From Desulfomonilia bacterium (GTDB lineage Bacteria; Desulfobacterota; Desulfomonilia; UBA1062), in assembly GCA_963664325.2 (NCBI GenBank), contig CAXXDQ010000004.1:544001-608000 (forward strand): a DNA stretch of 64,000 bases. Reading direction: 5' to 3'. The position numbers and the translations under genes are program-made. How positions within the stretch are numbered: the stretch's first letter is position 1; each line of letters begins with the position of its first letter. Below the pieces are notes generated by a model. It saw only the letters and a list, made by a program, of their open reading frames with translations. It searched no databases and was not told the origin of the DNA. This document shows positions 58,777-64,000 of this stretch, piece after piece.

Positions 58777-59838
58777 ATGAAAAAATCCAGGTTTGAGTTG
58801 AGTCACATTGAAACGGTCAGACGTTCCATCTATGTATTTCTCAGGGACGAACTCGAAAGGAAGTTAAGGGCGATTGCGCTCGAGAATCCATACAGGGTCT
58901 GCCGAGACAAAATGTGCCTGGTCTACCCCTATGTCGATCCCGGAGACATGAGGCCCAAGAAAAAGGAGTTTCTGGCGGAATCATCGGTGATAAGACCTTT
59001 TCTCATAATGTTCTGTGAGGAATCCATTGATGCCCAGCACATGAAGTACATAAGGTTCAATGACGACAACAGGATACGAAAGGACACCATTTCGATGGTG
59101 CCTACTGTGAACCTGAGAAGGTCATTCTCGTCAGGGATCAAATTTTTTGAAAAAGAGACTTTTTTTGAACTGCTTGAAAACCTCCTTGATGTCGATTACG
59201 GTCTTCTGATCCAGCGGGATGAACGCTACAGGAAGCACAACAGTTATGCGCTGACGCATTTTCATGTCAAGATAGACTGGCCTATTGCGGAAGCGGCTGA
59301 AAGCCTTTCAAAGGAGCTGAGATTTGTTTCAAAGAGCCTCTATGAACAGGGTGAGCGCTACGCCGAAATGCTGGAACAGAAACTATTTGAATACTATGGC
59401 TGCCACCACCAGTCCGTGGGCGGCAGGCGGACGGCTGCGCTCATTGCCTCGCAATACCTGAAATCACTGCCCGGCCTTTCGACCGTATATGTCGCCAGCG
59501 AGGAATCCCGAACACTCACCCGCTATTCGGAAAAAGGCGTTGCCAGGTATGCAATCATTCAGCTCGAAAAGGAATATGCCTCGCAGATCAGAGAGACCAA
59601 CAGGATCAATACTGAAACGTTTAAAAAGTCATATGTCCTAGGCGAAAGTGAAAAATTCTATGATGTGATTCTTTTTGTAACATATAAGCATACAGAATGG
59701 GGCGTGCCGCCTGCCGACGGAAAGCTCAGGATGGTAAAACCGGACTACAGCTGGATAGGAGTTGACAGCGAATTGATTCTCCCCCTTTCCAATTCGCTCA
59801 GCGCCCGTCCGATTAATGTGAAACTGGTCTACAAATAA
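58777..59838 (+). CDS. Hypothetical protein (353 aa)
   Basis: Long ORF with SD AGGGGG; family not recognised. Confidence 0.8.
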   Translation: MKKSRFELSHIETVRRSIYVFLRDELERKLRAIALENPYRVCRDKMCLVYPYVDPGDMRPKKKEFLAESSVIRPFLIMFCEESIDAQHMKYIRFNDDNRIRKDTISMVPTVNLRRSFSSGIKFFEKETFFELLENLLDVDYGLLIQRDERYRKHNSYALTHFHVKIDWPIAEAAESLSKELRFVSKSLYEQGERYAEMLEQKLFEYYGCHHQSVGGRRTAALIASQYLKSLPGLSTVYVASEESRTLTRYSEKGVARYAIIQLEKEYASQIRETNRINTETFKKSYVLGESEKFYDVILFVTYKHTEWGVPPADGKLRMVKPDYSWIGVDSELILPLSNSLSARPINVKLVYK

Positions 59839-59858
59839 CTTTGAGTGGAGGTTTTATT

Positions 59859-60713
59859 TTGTCCAATATAATTAACGGGAAGGCCTTGTCAGAGAAGAAA
59901 AGGGCTGAGGTTGCAGTAAAGGCGGCTGAATTTACAGAAAAATACTCAAGGCCGCCCGGTCTGGCAGTCGTTCTTATCGGCGAAGACCCGGCGTCAGCCA
60001 TTTATGTCAGGAACAAGAATCTTGCCTGTGAAAAGGCGGGCATCAGGTCATTTTCATACCACCTTGACGAAAAAACTTCGCAGCAGGAAATTCTTGATCT
60101 TGTCAGAAAGCTTAATGCGGACAGGGAAGTTGACGGCATCCTGGTCCAGCTTCCCCTTCCCAAAGGGCTCAATCCACAGGAGATCCTGCTTGCAATAGAC
60201 CCGGCAAAGGATGTCGATGGTCTCCATCCCTGTAATCTGGGCAGGCTCCTAACGGGCGAGCCTACGCTCGTTTCATGCACGCCGGCAGGCGTCATGTATA
60301 TGCTGAAAGAATCCGGAGTTGAGCTCAAAGGGAAAGACGCCGTGGTCGTAGGGCGCAGCAATATGGTTGGCAAGCCGCAGGCGATATTGCTGATGGCTGA
60401 GCATGCAACGGTCACCATCTGCCATTCAAGAACCAGGGACCTCGACAAGAAGGTAGGCTCTGCCGATGTGCTGGTGGCTGCAATCGGCAAGGCGGAAATA
60501 ATCAGGGGATCATGGATCAAAGAGGGCGCCGTGGTGATCGATGTGGGTATGAACAGGACCGAAGCGGGACTTAAGGGTGATGTGGAATTTGCGGAAGCGG
60601 TAAAAAGGGCAAGCCTGATTACGCCTGTTCCGGGAGGAGTCGGACTTATGACGGTTGCGATGCTGCTGGAAAACACTGTTGCGGCTGCAAACGCACACGA
60701 GGAGGCCAGATAA
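59859..60713 (+). CDS. folD: Methylene-THF dehydrogenase/cyclohydrolase
   Basis: [36 protein letters not shown]. Confidence 0.95.
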   Translation: MSNIINGKALSEKKRAEVAVKAAEFTEKYSRPPGLAVVLIGEDPASAIYVRNKNLACEKAGIRSFSYHLDEKTSQQEILDLVRKLNADREVDGILVQLPLPKGLNPQEILLAIDPAKDVDGLHPCNLGRLLTGEPTLVSCTPAGVMYMLKESGVELKGKDAVVVGRSNMVGKPQAILLMAEHATVTICHSRTRDLDKKVGSADVLVAAIGKAEIIRGSWIKEGAVVIDVGMNRTEAGLKGDVEFAEAVKRASLITPVPGGVGLMTVAMLLENTVAAANAHEEAR

Positions 60714-61786
60714 TGCGCACGGCGCTTTATGATGACCATGTAAGACTCGGTGCCCGTGTGGTTGATTTCCATGGATGGGACATGCCGGTATGGTACACGG
60801 GCATCAAGGAAGAACATATGGCGACCCGCAACGCGGCAGGCATTTTCGATGCAAGCCACATGGGCGAGATATGGGTTAGCGGGCCCGGCTGTCCGGAATT
60901 CCTCAACAGGATTGTCACGGTTGATGTAGCCGTCCTGGAAAAAGGCAAGGTGAAGTACACCTTTTTCCTTAATGAGGAAGCAGGGATAATAGATGACATA
61001 ATAGTCTACTGCACGGAGCCGAACAAAAAATACATGCTGTGCGTCAATGCATCGAATATCGACAAGGACCTCGCCTGGCTCCGGGCGCATAAACCGGATG
61101 GCGTGAATATTGATGACAGGAGCCCGGTAACGGCAATGATTGCCCTTCAGGGGCCCCTTGCAGGAGAAATTCTGGGCAGGGTCATAAAGTTTGATTATGG
61201 GGCTTTGAAAAGGTTTTATTTCGTGACTTCAGACACTCCCTTCGGCGAGGTTATGATTTCCCGGACAGGATACACAGGCTCGGACGGTGTTGAAATATTC
61301 ATGGATGCCGTACATTCACCCGCTCTGTGGTCGGCGCTTGTTACGGCGGGTGCCACACCCTGCGGACTCGGGGCCAGGGATACGCTCAGGCTTGAAATGG
61401 GCTATCCCCTTCACGGCAACGACCTTGATGAGACTACAACCCCGATCGAAGCCGGCCTCAAATTTGCCGTTGATATGAACAAGCCCGCGTTCATCGGCAG
61501 GGCGGTGCTTGAAAAACAGCTGGCCGGGGGTTTAAAGAAAAGGCTTATAGGCCTGGTAATGGAAGAGAAAGGCATCCCGAGGCACGGGTATGCCTGCGAG
61601 GCGGAAGGCGCATCCGGCAGCATTACCTCCGGCAGCATTTCGCCCATGCTGGATACCGGTATTGCGCTTGCATACATGGATGCATCCATAAAAGACGGGG
61701 ATGCGGTTTATGTGGTTATCAGGGACAAGAAGCTTAGGGCCAGGGTTAAAAAACCGCCTTTCGTGAAAACGAATCTAACAAAATAA
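60713..61786 (+). CDS. gcvT: Glycine cleavage T protein
   Basis: FHGWDMPV.Y, FDASHMG, SRTGYTG, GLGARDTLRLE. Confidence 0.95.
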   Translation: MRTALYDDHVRLGARVVDFHGWDMPVWYTGIKEEHMATRNAAGIFDASHMGEIWVSGPGCPEFLNRIVTVDVAVLEKGKVKYTFFLNEEAGIIDDIIVYCTEPNKKYMLCVNASNIDKDLAWLRAHKPDGVNIDDRSPVTAMIALQGPLAGEILGRVIKFDYGALKRFYFVTSDTPFGEVMISRTGYTGSDGVEIFMDAVHSPALWSALVTAGATPCGLGARDTLRLEMGYPLHGNDLDETTTPIEAGLKFAVDMNKPAFIGRAVLEKQLAGGLKKRLIGLVMEEKGIPRHGYACEAEGASGSITSGSISPMLDTGIALAYMDASIKDGDAVYVVIRDKKLRARVKKPPFVKTNLTK

Positions 61787-61807
61787 ATAATTGTCAGGGG
61801 GAATGGC

Positions 61808-62197
61808 ATGAATATTCCGGGTGAGCTCAAATACACAAAAGACCATGAATGGGGAAAATGCGAAAACGGCAGGATGAAGGTCGGCATAACGGACTATGCC
61901 CAGAAGGAGCTTGGGGATATTGTCTTTGTCGAGATCAAGGCTGCCGGCACGAAACTGAAGAGCGGCGACACTATGGGGACCATAGAGTCGGTGAAGGCCG
62001 TTTCTGAAATATATGCCCCGGTTTCCGGGGAGATAGTCGAGATAAATACGTCGCTGCTCGATACGCCCGAACTCGTTAACAAAGACTGTTATGGGGAGGC
62101 CTGGATGGCGGTTATTGCGATGGACAGCCCCGCCCAGGTCGAGACCCTCATGGATGCGGCGGCATACGGGGAATACGTAACGTCAGAGGCCAAGTAA
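61808..62197 (+). CDS. gcvH: Glycine cleavage H protein
   Basis: HEW, GITDYAQ, ESVKAVSE lipoyl-lysine motif. Confidence 0.95.
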   Translation: MNIPGELKYTKDHEWGKCENGRMKVGITDYAQKELGDIVFVEIKAAGTKLKSGDTMGTIESVKAVSEIYAPVSGEIVEINTSLLDTPELVNKDCYGEAWMAVIAMDSPAQVETLMDAAAYGEYVTSEAK

Positions 62198-63495
62198 TGT
62201 CTTTCGTACCGCACAGTGTTGAAGAAAGAGACCTGATACTTAAGACGATAGGCATCAGCGATGAGGATGAACTTTTTGCCGCGATCCCCCAGGAACTCCG
62301 TCTCAAGCAGAGGCTGAAAATACCGGGCCCTCTGGATGAGGAAACGATAAAAAGGATACCGCAGGGAAATTACGCAAGGGTCTTGTTTGCCGGAGGCGGC
62401 ATATACCGCCATCACATCCCTGCCGTTGTCGACATGCTGGCTTCACGCCAGGAAGTATATACCGCCTATACGCCCTATCAGCCGGAAATCAGCCAGGGCA
62501 CCCTTCAGACGATCTTTGAATACCAGAGCATGATGGCCGGCCTCACAGGCATGGATGTGGCGAACGCCTCCATGTACGATGGCGCAACGGCCCTGGCCGA
62601 GGCCGTACTGATGGCCCTCAGGGCAAAAGAGATTAAGCGCGTACTGGTCACAAGGTCCATGAACCCCGCATACCGTGCCGTGCTGAAAACATACATGGCT
62701 AACTTCGAAATTAAAATCGAAGAGGTCCCGTTCGATGCCGGGTCGGGGCAGGTTGACCTTCCGGCCCTGAAGGGCATGTCGGGAAGCGATTCGGCCTTTT
62801 TCCTGCAGAATCCCAATTTCTTCGGCATAATAGAACCGATGGACAAGGTTTCACCGCTTGCAGGAAATACGGCTTTCTGGGGCATCGTCACCGGAGATGC
62901 CGTCTCGCTCGGCCTTTTGAAAAAACCGGGCGTTTGGGGCTGTGATGTTGTAGCGGGAGACGCCCAGTCTTTCGGCAATCCCACAAGCGGCGGAGGGCCG
63001 ATGCTGGGATTCTTATGTGCAAGAAAGGACAATGTCCGGCGCATGCCCGGAAGAATCGTGGGACTTACTCAGGATGCCAGGGGGAACCCCGCATTCTGCC
63101 TTACGCTGTCAACCCGCGAGCAGCATATACGCAGGGAAAAGGCCACGTCGAACATTTGCAGCAATCAGGCCCTGTGCGCGACACGGGCAGCCATGTACCT
63201 GTCAGCCGTGGGACCGGCCGGGCTCAGGACTGTCGCGATTCAAAGCGCCAGGGGGGCCAGGCTTCTGGCCGACATCCTTGCCAGGAAAGGTTACGACCCG
63301 GTATTCAGCGCCCCGTTTTTCAACGAGTTCGTAATCAGGATGGATTCAAAAAAGGTGCTGGAGCTTGAAAATGAAGAAATAGTGCCCGGCATACAGATAC
63401 AAAGCTGCTATCCCGAAATCCCTGAAGCGGTCCTGGTAACCGTGACCGAGGCGAATACGAAAGAGGAAATGCGATGTCTGAACGAAAATCTATAA
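62197..63495 (+). CDS. gcvPA: Glycine dehydrogenase subunit 1
   Basis: TAYTPYQPEISQG, NASMYDG, REQHIRREKATSNIC. Confidence 0.94.
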   Translation: MSFVPHSVEERDLILKTIGISDEDELFAAIPQELRLKQRLKIPGPLDEETIKRIPQGNYARVLFAGGGIYRHHIPAVVDMLASRQEVYTAYTPYQPEISQGTLQTIFEYQSMMAGLTGMDVANASMYDGATALAEAVLMALRAKEIKRVLVTRSMNPAYRAVLKTYMANFEIKIEEVPFDAGSGQVDLPALKGMSGSDSAFFLQNPNFFGIIEPMDKVSPLAGNTAFWGIVTGDAVSLGLLKKPGVWGCDVVAGDAQSFGNPTSGGGPMLGFLCARKDNVRRMPGRIVGLTQDARGNPAFCLTLSTREQHIRREKATSNICSNQALCATRAAMYLSAVGPAGLRTVAIQSARGARLLADILARKGYDPVFSAPFFNEFVIRMDSKKVLELENEEIVPGIQIQSCYPEIPEAVLVTVTEANTKEEMRCLNENL

Positions 63496-64000
63496 GCACT
63501 TTCCCGGAAATATCCGAGCCGGTCCTGAAATTCATCAGCGCCCGCGGAAAAAACAAGCGGACCGTGCCCCAGCCTTTCGGGCAGGGGATTCCCGGCGACC
63601 TGGCGGATACGGTTTCATCAGGGCCGCCTGAAATACCGGATATTTCAGAGGTCGAGGCTGTAAGGCATTTTACAAGGCTGTCGAAAATAAATTACGGCGT
63701 TGACCAGGGCATGTACCCCCTCGGGTCCTGCACGATGAAATACAACCCCAAGATATCCGAGGCGATTGCACAAGCCATTACGGACAAGCACCCGGGTGAC
63801 AAGTTTGCGATGAGCAATGTGCTCAGGGCTCTTGCCGCGCTCAAGCGCTATCTTGAGGAGATATGCGGAATGGAAGGCTGCTGCCTCTGGCCGGCGGCCG
63901 GGGCGCACGGCGAGCTGACCGGGATGCTCGTCATTAAAAAGGCCATAACTTCAAAAGGCGAGAAAAGGCCGATTGTTCTCATCCCGGATACTGCACATGG
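63474..64000 (+). CDS. gcvPB: Glycine dehydrogenase subunit 2, partial
   Basis: Manually read frame from ATG 63474: ...RHFTRLS..NY...YPLGSCTMKYNPK...AAGAHGELTG. Confidence 0.9.
   Translation, partial: MSERKSISTFPEISEPVLKFISARGKNKRTVPQPFGQGIPGDLADTVSSGPPEIPDISEVEAVRHFTRLSKINYGVDQGMYPLGSCTMKYNPKISEAIAQAITDKHPGDKFAMSNVLRALAALKRYLEEICGMEGCCLWPAAGAHGELTGMLVIKKAITSKGEKRPIVLIPDTAH

Noticed and set aside
59700-60713. Glycine riboswitch upstream of the gcv genes
   Set aside because: There is no intergenic space; the genes abut or overlap.
60002-61090. 362-aa minus-strand ORF (likewise 30512-31357 and many shorter antisense ORFs)
   Set aside because: Antisense to well-conserved genes (folD/gcvT, ftsH) and has no motifs of its own.

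Overview
Bacterial chromosomal window, probably a deltaproteobacterial (Thermodesulfobacteriota-like) anaerobe; this taxonomy is inferred from gene content only. Most of it is housekeeping or metabolic: buk with two ptb-like genes, glpD, a porin, an ArnT-like transferase, MoxR/VWA, tRNA-Arg, a TetR-TolC-HlyD-ABC efflux operon, a PEP-CTERM protein, a MenK-like radical SAM enzyme, pilMNOPQ, ftsH-folP-acpS-nnr-tsaE-lysC-cimA, tRNA-Lys/Glu, a GH78, an MBL nuclease, a CocE hydrolase, two chagasins, rnpB and folD-gcvTHP. The main discovery candidate is an 8,001-bp element integrated in tRNA-Glu between 48-bp direct repeats (39098-39145 / 47099-47146). It encodes an integrase, HigBA, AlpA/Xis and a primase-DUF3987 fusion, but no capsid, terminase or conjugation genes. 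Its non-coding DNA holds a 10-copy iteron array, a lambda-like cosQ-cosN sequence and a structured leader RNA, so it looks like a minimal cos-bearing phage satellite. ftsH and folP each carry a +1 frameshift, most likely assembly errors. All family assignments come from motif recognition by eye; no database search was run.
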